From: Macrostomum lignano
Taxonomy: Eukaryota
Assembly (NCBI GenBank): GCA_002269645.1
Contig: NIVC01002640.1
Coordinates: 54,364 to 118,363, forward strand
Direction of reading: 5' to 3'
Length of the DNA: 64,000 nt
Notes under the pieces: generated by a model
Told to the model about the DNA's origin: nothing
Database searches by the model: none
What the model saw: only the letters and a program-made list of their open reading frames with translations
Translations under genes and position numbers: made by a program
Shown: in pieces, positions 1-12,830 of the stretch
Layout: the number at the start of each line of letters is the position of its first letter
Numbering within the stretch: the stretch's first letter is position 1

Positions 1-39
1 AAAAGTCGAAATAGCCGCTCTTCTCTTTCCTCGACCCCT

Positions 40-1105
40 TCCCATCTTGTCAGCTTTTTTGCTCCTCTCTCTCCCTGACCCTCTCTCTCCTGACCCTCTC
101 TCTCCCCGGCCTCTCTCTCCCTGTCCCTCTCTCTCCCTGACCTCTCTCTCCCTGTCCTCTCTCTCCCTGACCCTCTCTCTCCCTGTCTTCTCTCTCCCTG
201 ACCCTCTCTCTCCCTGTCCCTCTCTCCCTGACCCTCTCTCCCTGTCTCTCTCCCCTGACCCTCTCTCTCCCTGTCCCTCTCTCCCTGACCCTCTCCTCCC
301 CTGTCCCTCTCTCCCTGACCCTCTCTCCCTGACCCTCTCTCCCCTGTCCTCTCTCTCCCTGGCCCTCTCTCTCCTGTCCCTCCCCTGTCCCTCTCTCCCC
401 GGCCTCTCTCTCCCTGTCCCTCTCTCCTGTCCCTCCTCTCCCTGTCCTCCTCTCCTGTCCCTCTCTCTCCCTGTCCTCTCTCTCCCTGACCCTCTCTCTC
501 CCTGTCTCTCTCTCTCCCTGACCCTCTCTCTCCCTGTCCCTCTCTCTCCCTGACCCTCTCTCTCCCTGTCCCTCTCTCCCTGACCCTCTCTCTCCCTGAC
601 CCTCTCTCCCCTGTCCTTCTCTCTCCCGGCCCTCTCTCTCCCCTGTCCCTCTCCCCTGTCCCCCTCTCTCCCCGGCCCTCTCTCTCCCCTGTCTTCCTCT
701 CTCCCTGTCCCTCCCTCTCCCTGTCCCTCCCTCTCCCTGTCCCTTTCTCTCCCCGGCCCTCTCTCTGTCCCCCTCTCTCCCCGGCCTCTCTCTCCCTGTC
801 CCCTCTCTCCCTGTCCCTCCCTCTCCCTGTCCCTCCCTCTCCCTGTCCCTTTCTCTCCCCGGCCCTCTCTCTGTCCCTCTCTCTCCCTGTCCCTCTCTCT
901 CCCTGTCCCTCCCTCTCCTGACCCTCTCCCTGTCCCTCTCTCTCCCTGACCCCTCTCTCTCCTGTCCCTCTCTCTCCCTGTCCCTCCCTCTCCCTGACCC
1001 TCTCCCTGTCCCTCTCTCTCCCTGACCCCCTCTCTCTCTCCATGTCCCTCTCTCTCTGTTACTCTTTATCCCATCTCTCTCTACTCTCTCTATCTCTATC
1101 TCCAT
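40..1105. repeat. CT-rich low-complexity degenerate tandem repeat (ctctctccctgacc/ctgtcc)
   Basis: Almost purely pyrimidine sequence built from recurring ctctctccctg(a/t)cc units. ORFs 47..553 and 50..1105 are artefacts of it. Lies in the Vmat intron. Confidence 0.95.
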
Positions 1106-1654
1106 TTTCTTATATTTTCTCCCATCTCTCTCCCTCCTCTACTTTCTGTCTCTGCTTTGATGAGGAATATCCAAAAGCTGTCTTCACCGAGTCAGTGCTA
1201 TGGAATTGATGGTCCATCCTTTGTCGCTCTCCTCTCCCTCTCTTTCCTTCTCCATCTCTCTGGCTCTTATAATATCTGATACTCGTATTTGTATTAAGAC
1301 CTTTAATCCAATTTTAACAGCTATTTTTCGAGCATTTAAAGAACGCATTTCTAGTCAATGCTTTGCGCCTCTGAAATCTCCTTGCCTCGCTTCTCTTGTC
1401 TTGTCTTGGCCGCCCCCGCCCCGGCCTGGGAGGAGGCTGGCAGGCCCGGGCAATCACGGGCCGGAGGAAATGATGCAGGAAGCTGTTGCCCCACGGTCCA
1501 GCGCGCTTGCATCGGTCTTTGCGATCGACTTCTTTATAAGTTCTTTTTTGTTGGGCCATATTGGACAACACTCTTAGATTAAGACTTTACTCTGATATTC
1601 ATTGCAGTCTGCTTTTCGCTGCAGCACGCAGTAGCAAAATAGATAAAGGCATCT

Positions 1655-1676
1655 ACAGACAGACAGACAGACACAA

Positions 1677-1711
<35 letters not shown>

Positions 1712-1728
1712 GACAGACAGACAGACAC

Positions 1729-1763
<35 letters not shown>

Positions 1764-1819
1764 GGCAGGCAGGCAGACAGACAGATAGACAGACAGACAG
1801 ACCAGACAGACAGACACTA

Positions 1820-1878
<59 letters not shown>

Positions 1879-1896
1879 AGACAGACAAACAAACAA

Positions 1897-1959
<63 letters not shown>

Positions 1960-1962
1960 CTA

Positions 1963-2056
<94 letters not shown>

Positions 2057-2058
2057 GC

Positions 2059-2107
<49 letters not shown>

Positions 2108-2110
2108 CTA

Positions 2111-2143
<33 letters not shown>

Positions 2144-2187
2144 CTCAGACAGACAGACAAACACAGACAGACAGACAAACAGACAGG

Positions 2188-2220
<33 letters not shown>
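1655..2220. repeat. (GACA)n tetranucleotide microsatellite
   Basis: Directly visible. Ends 4 nt from the Vmat exon 1 donor and generates the SVCL/DRQT ORFs. Confidence 0.98.
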
Positions 2221-2224
2221 TCAC

Positions 2225-2303
2225 CAACTGTGGTCAGCAGCATGTTGTCCAGGAACAGCGCTATGAAGACAATCAGCAGGATGAGCTTCCTGGAGTTCCG
2301 CAT
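2225..2303 (-). CDS. Vmat: Vesicular monoamine transporter (SLC18A1/2-like), first coding exon; remainder lies left of the window
   Basis: Translates MRNSRKLILLIVFIALFLDNMLLTTV, the TM1 signature of VMATs (SRKLIL..ALxLDNMLLTxVVP). Ends at phase-1 donor G|GTGAG at 2224, consistent with a following V-P-I-I-P. LLTT fits VMAT better than VAChT (LYM). Confidence 0.85.
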
Positions 2304-4469
2304 CCCGGTCAGGTTGTCAAAGGCGTACTGCGCCCGCCCAGCCAGCTCAGCTTTTTCTCATCGCTGCCGTCCTGGAACTCTCGATAGCCCATGGTCGCGG
2401 GTCTGTGGGGGTTTGGGGCCCGTTTTCTTCAGACCCTGCTCGACTCCGCTACTTTGTTCTGGCAGATAAACTTTGAACTTTTTTGACCATTTTCCCCTCG
2501 TTCTCATCTCGCAGTCTTTTGCGCTCTCCAGCCTGCGCTCAGTTTTCTTCTTTCCTTTCTTTACCTTTAGGCCACCTGAGCCCGCCTTCTTTCCCCCGAT
2601 CTGCCATTGTGCTCAGCCCCCCCCCCCACTTGCACCCCAAAGTTGCAGCCTGAGCTGCCGGCAGCACCCCCTCCGCCCCGCCGACATCCGCAGAACATGA
2701 CCGCCGGCTTTCATTGGGCTGCACGCCAAGAAATATCGGCGCACGTATTGAGACCTTCTGGGGGCCGCCTTTTTATCTCTGCAGACCCCGGAGCGCCGCT
2801 ACCCGCCTGCTCAGCAGGCCGCTTCCGGTCCAAGTCGCCTGCTCTCCGCGCCCGGTTTCCCGACCAGGCATCCATCATGTTCCAGCGGATTGCAGCCCCG
2901 CCAGGCAGTCATGCGACCCCCAAGCACTGAGAGCAGCGGCTGCTGCACAATAAGAAACTGACGCTCCATCCTCAGGGCTCAGAGTCTGGCACAGACCTAC
3001 CAGCCTTCGGCTTTTGAAATTTCTTTCCATTCTCAGCTTTCAATTCTTTTCCGGCGCGGCTCGGCCTGCAAACATCCGCCAGCTCCCCCCCTGGCCCACG
3101 GAGCTGGCCCGGAATCTGGCAGATCATCGCTGGACCGAATGAAGAAGAAATTCAAATTTCAACGATCAGCCTCTCGCCCCGCGGCAGAGGGGCGGGCCCC
3201 GAATATCCTCTTAGAAGCAGACTGCTTGAGGATGCTTGAAGAGGAGCGCCAGCATCTCAGCGGCATCAGATGTCAACGGCAGATTTCCGGAGGGTGAGAA
3301 GAGGCTGATGATTTTTCGATTCTCCCCGATGCCAAGGGGATGTCAGCTGCAGGGTCTGGGATCCCCAGCTTCTCCCATTGTCTCTGCATGTACAAGTAGT
3401 GGCTCTCTCTTCATCAATTGATCTCTTCATCAATGCAAAAAAAGTTTGAAATTGTTTTATCCAAGCGCCATCACGGCTTGCACGCAAAGCCGGCGGGTTA
3501 CCTTACTTAGTCGTGTCTCTCGGCTGACGCAGCAAAGCTCCTGGAGACTCTTGTCTTCCGGCGAGGCGAATTTATCTCGGCGAACAACGCTTCGGACCGA
3601 GTGAGCGGCAAAGTCTGCTTCTAGAGGAAAGTTTCAGGCAGCAGCGGTTGCCGCTTATCCTCTCGTTAATAGCTGGATGAAGGGGCCGGGCTGGGGAGTC
3701 CGGGAGGCCCGGCCGGGCCAATCAGATCCCCGGCCCCCGACGGCTAATCCGGCCACCGAATGAGGGGATTAGGGATGCAATTTTCCCGGCTGGCGTCTTC
3801 CAGCGGCGGCTGCGGGGATTTGCCTGTCGGCCGGACGGCCGCGCCGCAACAGCTCGCCGGCTGGCCGGGAATCAGCGGAGCGAGAGGCGCTCCCAATTTC
3901 AGCGGCCGGGGAGTTCAACAAAATGCAGAGTCTGGAGTGGCGACACAAACTGATGAAGCATGTCAGCTGCCTTCAGGCCTGTCTTTGCAGCTCTGGATTC
4001 ACGAAAACTTTAACAAGTAGTGGATCTGCTTATAGATGAATTGTTTTCTGCTTTCAGAGGCTTCAGAGATCCTAGGTTCGATTCCAGGTGTAGCGATAGC
4101 TATTGTAGTAGGAAAGTGTGCAGTTTAGCTTCTTTCCTCGGGTTTGCCAATTCGATTTTCAATTTAATAAAACAAACCTTGGTTTCCATTTCAGAGTTTG
4201 AAATTTGAGCTCCGCGGCTGAGCAAAATTAATCGAGTTCCTGTGATTCTGCTGGACTGAGAACTCCAATTTCCCGACCTGTTCGCTTCAGCGGCCAGTGA
4301 AGTCATTTTGAACTGCCAGATTGGTTAACAACATCCAGGATCCATCAAAATGGTGGGTGGGATAAAAATACTTCCTGGGAAAAAAACAGATCTAACTAAT
4401 TTGTTTGCACTGGGCTGTGGGCGCTGCCGCAAACCAAGGCGTGCCCATTCCGCTGACCCCTGAGCACGC

Positions 4470-4900
4470 ACACTGATGTACACAGCATGTACACTGATGT
4501 ACACAGCATGTACACAATGTACACAGTGTGTACACGATGCACACAGTGTGTAAACGATGTACACAGTATGTACACGGATGTACACAGCACGCACACTGAT
4601 GTACACAGCATGTACACTGATGTACACAGCATGTACACTGATGTACACAGCATGTACACTGATGTACACAGCATGTACACAATGTACACAGTATGTACAC
4701 GATGTACACAGTATGTACACGGATGTACACAGCACGCACACGGATGTACACAGCATGTACACGGATGAATCCGGCATGAACACGGATGTACACAGCATGT
4801 ACACGGATGAATCCGGCATGAACACGGATGTACACAGCATGTACGCGGATGCACACAGCATGTACACTGATGTACACGGCATGTACACGGATGTACACAA
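4470..4900. repeat. ~21-bp minisatellite (tgtacacagcatgtacactga)
   Basis: About 20 visible degenerate units built on TGTACA palindromes. The overlapping ORFs at 4325-5019 are repeat translations. Confidence 0.95.
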
Positions 4901-5651
4901 CAACCCCCAAGCCAATTTTCGTACACAAGCCCCCAAGTCATTGCAGCCGCGCACGGAATCGAGCCGCTGAGCTGCTGATTTCGAATCCACTCAGGCCTCA
5001 AAACCAGCTTGATCGGTAATCAATCAAGTTAAGTCGCAGATTTTCTTGCAGCAGAATTTATTATACATAAAAATCGACAGCCGCGGCCTGAATGGCGGAC
5101 TTGAAGCGGCGAGGCGTCCCCAGCACTCAAACACGAGAGATTTCTGTAAATAGATTGAGTAGCTATTGATGGAGCTGTGATGCTGCTGACACCTGGGGAT
5201 TATCGATGTCCCCAATCCCGGATAGGTCAATTAGCGAGTGGGGTCACCGCAATTCCATGCGTCAGTCGCTGAGAGCAGTTGTAACAGCTGCGATAATACA
5301 GCGATTTCTTCTTTAGCAAATTTTAGCTCCATTTGAAAGAAGCGACAAAACGGCAGCTAAGTTGACAGGCCTAATTATTAATTTCGATACCCATGGGCGC
5401 AATTATTGCGCAATGCGCAGCCTACTAAACACAGACAGGACAGGAAGCTTCGAACTGTGTATTTATCGTATTACAGAGTGCATTTCAAACTGCCTGCAAA
5501 TGTGGTGCTCCGGTACTTTTGGGGGACGTTTAATAAGTTTTATAATTACAGTGTAAAATATAGAAAATCAATTACAGATATGTTGTGCGTATGGGCTGAA
5601 ATAAAACAAATGGTTCCAAATTAGCAGCGGAGGTACGCTCGAATTTCCTGG

Positions 5652-6497
5652 TCACTTCTCGTACAGCAGCTTCTTCTCCCATTCCGAGCGCCTGCGGTCG
5701 CCCGCCCGCTGCTGCCGGGTGCCCGACACCAGCTGGCGCAGCAGCTGCCGGTAGCGCTCGGGGATCTGGCCCCGCTGGCAGTGCGCCAACAGCCGGGCCG
5801 CGCTAGGCGACGGGTTGGCCGCGATAGTCGCGGCGACGTCCTCATCGGTGGCTGGCGCAGCCGCCGCGGCGCCTCCTCCAAGCGGGTGCAGAGTGCGCAG
5901 CATATCGCTGAGGCGCTGCATCATCTGCTCTACCACGGCCTTGTTGTCCACGGAGTCGACCGGTGGCCGCCGTTGCGACAGCAGCACCCGCTGCTCAGCG
6001 GCCTGTCTGCGGCTCTGCGGCTGGCCCAGCTTTCTGGCCACCGCCGGGATCGCTAGCAGAGTGGCCGAAGTCTCCGCGTCTCGCTCAGTTGTTGGCTTGG
6101 ATGCGGATGCGATTGGCTTCGCGGTTGGCTGCTGCTGCTGCGATGGTGGCTTCGGCGAAGGCGGCTTTGGCAGAGACGAAGGAGATGACGATGGAATCTC
6201 ATCCCTGCTTGAACTGCCGGCCTCTATTGACTTCCAACGATGTCCGTCACCGGTTGGGGATGCCTTTGCTGGCTTAGCTGCCTCAGCCTCCTTGGTTTCA
6301 CTTGATACCACGGCCACCTCTTCGACTTCACCGGTCTTCTCTGGCGCGTCACCAACAACCTCCTCTAGGATAGCATCAAAGTCCTCCGGCGGGCAGCTGG
6401 AATGACGTAGCTGCCGCCTTTTCATGAACGTCACTTTTTTTCTTGGCTTGCCTGTCTGCTTTCTGCTTCGCATTTTCTGCTGTTGCTTCTGCTTGCT
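5652..6497 (-). CDS. Terminal exon of an uncharacterised basic/Pro-Ala-rich protein
   Basis: 282-codon open frame with GC3-rich codons, acceptor atactttgcag|AGC at 6498 (phase 0) and stop at 5652. No family recognised. Confidence 0.65.
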   Translation of the reverse strand, partial: SKQKQQQKMRSRKQTGKPRKKVTFMKRRQLRHSSCPPEDFDAILEEVVGDAPEKTGEVEEVAVVSSETKEAEAAKPAKASPTGDGHRWKSIEAGSSSRDEIPSSSPSSLPKPPSPKPPSQQQQPTAKPIASASKPTTERDAETSATLLAIPAVARKLGQPQSRRQAAEQRVLLSQRRPPVDSVDNKAVVEQMMQRLSDMLRTLHPLGGGAAAAAPATDEDVAATIAANPSPSAARLLAHCQRGQIPERYRQLLRQLVSGTRQQRAGDRRRSEWEKKLLYEK

Positions 6498-6717
6498 CTG
6501 CAAAGTATAGATAGCGCAGCCTAATCAGTTTTACACTTTGTGAGTTCAATTATTATTAGAAACAGAAAGTTTGCTTTATTTTTGCTTTTGTCTGTGGGAA
6601 GATCGAGTATATCAATTAACAAACAGCTAGGTGACGTTCGAATTTAAAGGCGACTTTTTAGATATTTTTAGAACTCCCTGAATTAAAAGTTTGATCTAAA
6701 AATTATAGGACACCCAC

Positions 6718-6750
6718 CATTTGAGCTTTTCTATTGTTTGCTCGCCCCAT
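6718..6750 (-). CDS. Candidate first exon (MGRANNRKAQM) of the uncharacterised gene at 5652-6497
   Basis: ATG at 6750, 11 codons, donor ATG|GTGGGT in phase 0 matching the downstream exon. The joined product would be 292 aa. Confidence 0.4.
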
Positions 6751-7279
6751 TTTTTGCTAATTTTACGCATTCGTAGCACTGCTTTGTAAAGTATTTACTC
6801 GTATATATAGACTCGAACGTCCAAATAAAGTTCTACCAATGGCAATTTTAGTAAAATTAATTTATCATATGTTGACCGGAAAGATGAACTTCAATGATTA
6901 TATTTATATATATTCAATTACAGTCCCCAAAACGCATTTTTATGTTTTGCTTCCGGTCACGATATAATATTGTCTAAAACTACTTCCATATGACTAGCCT
7001 ATAAAGATAAGCGGCTGTGGTTTGTTTCAAGTCGAGATAATTATTTGTTCAGACTCGTCATTTGCGTTTCATTCGGAAAGACATTTTGTTTCACTGCTGA
7101 AACAAATGTACTCGATAGCGTTTACGCGATTTTTAACATCGCTTTTTTAAATTGTATATTTTTACTTCGTGCTCGGTCCCACTAATGTCCTTCGCAATCA
7201 AACTTTGGATTGGATACTGATCAAGCAAACTATTAGAATCACAAGTTAGCAGAGGCACAGGCATTATAATTATACTTAG

Positions 7280-7388
7280 ACCTTTATCATAAAAACTGCT
7301 ACTGACATCAAAAGTACTACTGACTACGTTTACGATCGGTATTTTCGGGATGTAGTGAGTGTCCATGTTTTGAAGACTGCATGCACAG
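7280..7388 (+). CDS. Candidate 5' exon (TFIIKTATDIKSTTDYVYDRYFRDVVSVHVLKTACT), possibly of the SYTL-like gene
   Basis: Acceptor atacttag|, strong donor ACAG|GTATGT, open frame, phase 1 compatible with the exon at 8345. Confidence 0.3.
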
Positions 7389-8344
7389 GTATGTATTATT
7401 AGTGTATTACTACTTTACAAGTAAACCTAACATAACAAAGTTGGCCAGTTATATTGTTGCAGATATTTGCTGAGTTTTTAACAGAATGAGAATATAAGTC
7501 TCACCCAAAAAGGCGCCAACGAATAATGAGTAACAAGTGAACCAGGCAAAGTAGCAAAAAATTAAGATATTAATTAAACCCTACTGAGACTTAAAAACTA
7601 TAGTAGTGAACAAGCAAAATATATCGGTATACCAATAAATAATTTTTGTAATGAATTTTATCTTATCTTTTTTCTGACACTGTATTTACTATCAGTTTTG
7701 ATTATGCTTCAACTTAAATTAGTAAGTATATACTGAGATTTGAGCAATCAATATAGCAATATATTATTATTAGATTCAAACATAGTTGGATTTGGTTAAT
7801 TTACAAAGAAATTTGAAATTATTTAGAAAACTCCATTTGTTTTTTGCAGTAATTTCTGAGGACATGTGGATCTGTTATGCTCTACTAATGCATTGAAGAA
7901 TGTGCTGCTACTGCCATGTATGCCATGCAATGTATTTAAGAAATTATTGCACTTAAAAGTATATAAGTATTTTTTCTGTTCACTAGATTGAAGTTAAAAA
8001 ACAAACAGTGAGTTTATTTGTAGAAATTATATTGAATTATCAGTTATATATTAGCATAATTAAACCAAAGCATATGATTTTTTCTGTATATTTTCAAACA
8101 ATTTACAAGCCACTGCAATAAAAAAATATTGAGCTCAAGATTTTTGAATAAAAACTTTTTAAAATTTACTGGTAATTTTATCTGTGATTTTAAAAAATAA
8201 TTATTTTGTCTTTTATCCTACGTGTGCTTTATTAGTATGACTTCCATTTTATTGAGTGAAGATTACAATATGTCAGTGTTAAATATTAATTAGGTACTCA
8301 AAACAGTTAAGTACATTTTTATTTATGACAATAAATAGTCACAG

Positions 8345-8702
8345 GTGCTCCCTTCGCAATCCGCAGCCCGCAGGTGGGCCGCCCCGTGCCCAGCTAGACA
8401 GTGGCGGGGCTGCAGCACCCGGTGACGCCATCGTCGGCGGCAGCGGCGGCAGCCACCCCGCCTCGTCGTCGGCACCACCGGCGAGCCGCACAGCCGCGCC
8501 TCCATCGCCAGCAATCAGCGAACGCCAGAGAAGAGTCTGAAGATGACGAAGCCTGCGACGCTGACGGGTCGGGCTTCATCACTATCAGCTTCCTGTCTGA
8601 CAAGGACCGAACGGAGTCCGTGGCGCTGGTGCGGCAGCACGGCTGCTCCAGGGCGCGGAGACCGCAGGATTCTTCGAGTCCGGCCGAGCGGTACCGTCAG
8701 AA
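8345..8702 (+). CDS. Candidate upstream exon of the SYTL-like gene (one in-frame TAG at 8395-8397)
   Basis: GC-rich frame ...EESEDDEACDADGSGFITISFLSDKDRTESVALVRQHG... with strong donor AA|GTGAGT at 8703. The acceptor position is uncertain. Confidence 0.45.
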
Positions 8703-8759
8703 GTGAGTCGGCGGTTCAGGGGATCTGGCTGGTCTAGGTTGTAATTGACAGCTCTAAGG

Positions 8760-9010
8760 CTGGGATTGAGATCCCCAGAGTCTGGGATTGTGATCTCCAC
8801 AGCCTGGGATTGTGATCCCCACAGTCTGGGGATTGTGATCCCCACAGTCTGGGAATTGGGGGATTGTGATCCCCATAGTCTGAGGATTGTGATCCTCACA
8901 GTCATGGGGATTATTATCCTCACAGTCATGGGGATTTTGATCGTCACAGTCATGGGGATTATGATCCTCAGTCATGGGGATTGTGATCCTCACAGTCATG
9001 GGGATTGTGA
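8760..9010. repeat. ~21-24-bp minisatellite (gggattgtgatcc(t/c)cacagtc)
   Basis: About 11 degenerate units in an intron. Confidence 0.9.
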
Positions 9011-9194
9011 GGATGAATTTTCAGTGAATTTTATTATTCGCTGTCAGCGTGACATAGGAGACCATATCAGCATCGCACAGACCGAAAGTCCATGCTTGGG
9101 CAGCTCAGTCTCCGACAGGTCTTCATCAGCCCGCAGCAGGGCTCGCTTGCCCAGAGAGCCAACTAAATTTATAACAAATCTCTCTACTCTACAG

Positions 9195-9287
9195 GCGTGC
9201 GGCTGTGAAACTGCAAGAATCTCCAGCAGCTCTGCGGCAGGAGCAGCCGCAGCAGCAAGCAGCCGCTCTGTCCCGCTCGTGTCCAAG
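9195..9287 (+). CDS. Candidate exon (RAAVKLQESPAALRQEQPQQQAAALSRSCP) of the SYTL-like gene
   Basis: Good acceptor ctctctactctacag|. Phase 2-to-2 matches the neighbouring exons. Donor AAG|GTGCAA is weak. Confidence 0.45.
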
Positions 9288-9327
9288 GTGCAAATCCCAC
9301 CCTTGTCTAGATCCCTAAAAAGATCCC

Positions 9328-9577
<250 letters not shown>

Positions 9578-10527
9578 GTATATAGTAGTCCTTGAAAATA
9601 GTCTTTTAAACAGAGACACCACCAAGGACTTCTCAATCACTCAGGACGGGAAACGTGCAAATCATAGGGAAAAAGTATGAGGATCTTTTAAAAGCATTTG
9701 CTATGATGTAAGCCTTAAAAGGACTCCATGTAGTACAGCCTAACTTTTCATTGAATTCTCATTAATTAAGAAAGTACAATAATGCAGTCGAACCGGACAA
9801 CATAAATCAAGAGACTAAAAAGAGCAACAGAAAAGAAATGTTTTGCATTATGGTGAAATGTTTTCATTTTGGAATAAAAGGAAGCAGTGTAAGAAGAGTC
9901 TTTTAAAGGGGCCCCGCATTTTTCACCATAATTTGCGACTTTCTCGTCCTAAAAGTGATTAAGACGTCCTTGCAACATCTGGAAGCTGCTGTCCATGGCC
10001 TTGATTTGTCCGCGTGAAAAAAGCGGTAGATAAACTGTACAGATGTTTTCTTTCGGTACGAGCTATTTTGGGACAAACCGTTATATGTAGCAAGAGATCT
10101 ATTGGCGAAGGTAATCCTATGTTTATTAGAATGTTCTGTGTCTCACTGATCGTATCGGGGAGCTATCCCAATTGTTTTTTTATTCGCGTCCTCTTCCTGA
10201 CGTGAGCACCCCAAAACTCTCTGATCTACACACTGTTGTGACCAGCCTTGCACTTTTGCCAGCAAACCAGTGTGCTGCCCCCACCTGAGTAAATAGACTC
10301 CTAACTCACGCTTGCTTTTGTGTTTTCCCACTGCCAAACTGACGCCTAGAAGTCTGTGTGCTTTTTGTATTCGTATCTGCCAGCACAAGGGGCTCCTCTG
10401 ATTGCCATGCACTGCGATGCTCAATGCCAGACTTTATTGGGAGTCCAGCAGGCTCAGGTAAGTCTCACCGCATTCCCGTCACCGTGCCTTTATTGTTTTC
10501 TTTAACACCTGCTATACCATGATTTCT

Positions 10528-11030
10528 CTCTCATCCCTCACCCCTCTCTCATCCCTCACCCCTCTCTCATCCCTCACCCCTCTCTCATCCCTCACCCCTC
10601 TCTCTCATCCCTCACCCCTCTCTCTCATCCCTCACCCCTCTCTCTCATCCCTCACCCCTTCCCTCACCCCACTCCCTCAACCCCTCTCTCACCCCCTCTC
10701 TCTCCTCCCTCCACCCCATCCCTCACCCCCTCCCTTACCCTCTCTCCTCCCTCACCCCTCTCTGTCACCCTTCACCCCCTCTCTCTTTCTCATCTCTCAT
10801 CCCTCACCTCACTCCCTCAACCCTCTCGCTCATCCCCTCTCTCCTATTCTTCATCCTCTCTTCATTACCCTCTCTCTCCTCCCTCAATATCTCTCCCCTA
10901 TATCCTCTCTCCCGCTAACTCCTCTCCTCCTTTCCTCCTCCCACTCATCTCACTCCTCTATTTTCTTCTCCCTCTCCTCTATCTCCCCCTTTCTTCTTTT
11001 CCTTTTCCCCATCTTTTAATCTCCCCTTTC
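10528..11030. repeat. CT-rich repeat (ctctctcatccctcaccc) decaying into low complexity
   Basis: Directly visible. Confidence 0.9.
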
Positions 11031-11804
11031 TTACTCACCTCTCCACTGTGCTGGCGATCTCGATGCCTATATTTAGCCGCTAGCTTGGGATCCGATTCGC
11101 AAACAGAGCCCTTTAAAGAATCTTAACTCCGCTTCCGTCAGGACTCAATCCGCGCCCCCTCCTGGCCAGCCCTGCCGAATCGGCCAGATCATCGGCCAGG
11201 TGTCCGACTCGCCCCAGGTCTCTTCCATTTCTTAGCGATTCACCCACCACCTCCCTTCCCTGCCCGTTGCTCCAAGCGAGGCCCAAGGATGCCAGAAGCC
11301 CCCCCATTAAATTCAATTCCGCTCACTGCAACCTCGGCTCAGCGACCGGCCACCTCCGCTCTCCCCTACTGCTGGCCTCAGCCTCCCTCATCCCCACACC
11401 GCCCCAGCATCTCTCCGGCATCGCCTATCCGTTCTCAAACTGTTTCTCTCCCCGTCTCTCTTCCTCCCAGGCCGTCGGAGCCAGCCAGTACTGGGCCGAT
11501 TTCCCCAAATCCGCTGAAGCCCCCCCCCCCCGCCACCCCGAATCTGCAGCAGGCGAAGGGCTCGCATCTCCGATTCCCGGCCAATGCTGTGTACGGACCG
11601 GCCCGCTGCTTCCTCATTAATAATTCATTAGCTTGCTGCCGTTAGAACTATAGATATGCAAAAATTTGATGCAGAATGCAGGATAAAAACAATTTATGAG
11701 GCTTCCGCCCCGTTTCAGGTTGCTTAAATAACCAAATTGTACTTGAGTTGCATTTTCAAGTTCTAACTTTACTGGTTAACTTTTTCCGCACTATCATAAT
11801 ATTT

Positions 11805-12830
11805 AGCAATCCACTCTATTCCTTAATCCATGTAGGCTAGATTAGCAATCCACTCTATTCCTTAATCCATGTAGGCTAGATTAGCAATCCACTCTATTCC
11901 TTAATCCATGTAGGCTAGACTAGCAATCCACTCTATTCCTTAATCCATGTAGGCTAGACTAGCAATCCACTCTATTCCTTAATCCATGTAGGCTAGATTA
12001 GCAATCCACTCTATTCCTTAATCCGTGTAGGCTAGATTAGCAATCCACTCTATTCCTTAATCCATGTAGGCTAGATTAGCAATCCACTCTATTCCTTAAT
12101 CCATGTAGGCTAGATTAGCAATCCACTATATTCCTCAATCCATGTAGACTAGATTAGCAATCCACTCTATTCCTTAATCCATGTAGGCTAGATTAGCAAT
12201 CCACTATATTCCTCAATCCATGTAGACTAGATTAGCAATCCACTCTATTCCTTAATCCATGTAGGCTAGATTAGCAATCCACTATATTCCTCAATCCATG
12301 TAGGCTAGATTAGCAATCCACTCTATTCCTTAATCCATGTAGGCTAGATTAGCAAACCACTCTATTCCTTAATCCATGTAGGCTAGATTAGCAATCCATT
12401 CTATTCCTTAATCCATGTAGGCTAGATTAGCAATCCACTCTATCCCTTAATCCATGTAGGCTAGATTAGCAATCCACTCTATTCCTTAATCCATGTAGGC
12501 TAGATTAGCAATCCATTCTATTTCTTAATACATGTAGGCTAGATTAGCAATCCACTCTATTCCTTAATCCATGTAGGCTAGATTAGCAATCCACTATATT
12601 CCTTAATCCATGTAGGCTAGATTAGCAATCCATTCTATTTCTTAATACATGTAGGCTAGATTAGCAATCCATTCTATTCATTAATCCACGTAGGCTAGAT
12701 TAGCAATCCATTCTATTAATTAATCCATGTAGGCTAGATTAGCAATCCATTCTATTCATTTATCAATGGAGGCTAGATTAGCAATCCATTCTATTAATTA
12801 ATCCAATGAAGTCAGATTAGCAATCCGTTA
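11805..12830. repeat. 39-bp minisatellite (ttagcaatccactctattccttaatccatgtaggctaga), ~26 copies
   Basis: Near-identical head-to-tail units that diverge towards the right end. Confidence 0.98.

Noticed and set aside
4066-4092. tRNA gene at ggttcgattcc
   Set aside because: Isolated B-box-like motif with a mismatched T-stem and no D-arm or acceptor stem.
9044-9320. Minus-strand frame with an EF-hand-like DLFRDLDKGGICTLD
   Set aside because: The loop lacks the canonical residues, and plus-strand splice signals and phases explain the region better.
11805-12830. Regular 20-47-bp repeat arrays (here and at 31560, 34215, 36322, 39540, 59595, 62872) as CRISPR arrays
   Set aside because: Units are head-to-tail with no unique spacers, there are no cas genes, and the context is intron-containing eukaryotic DNA.
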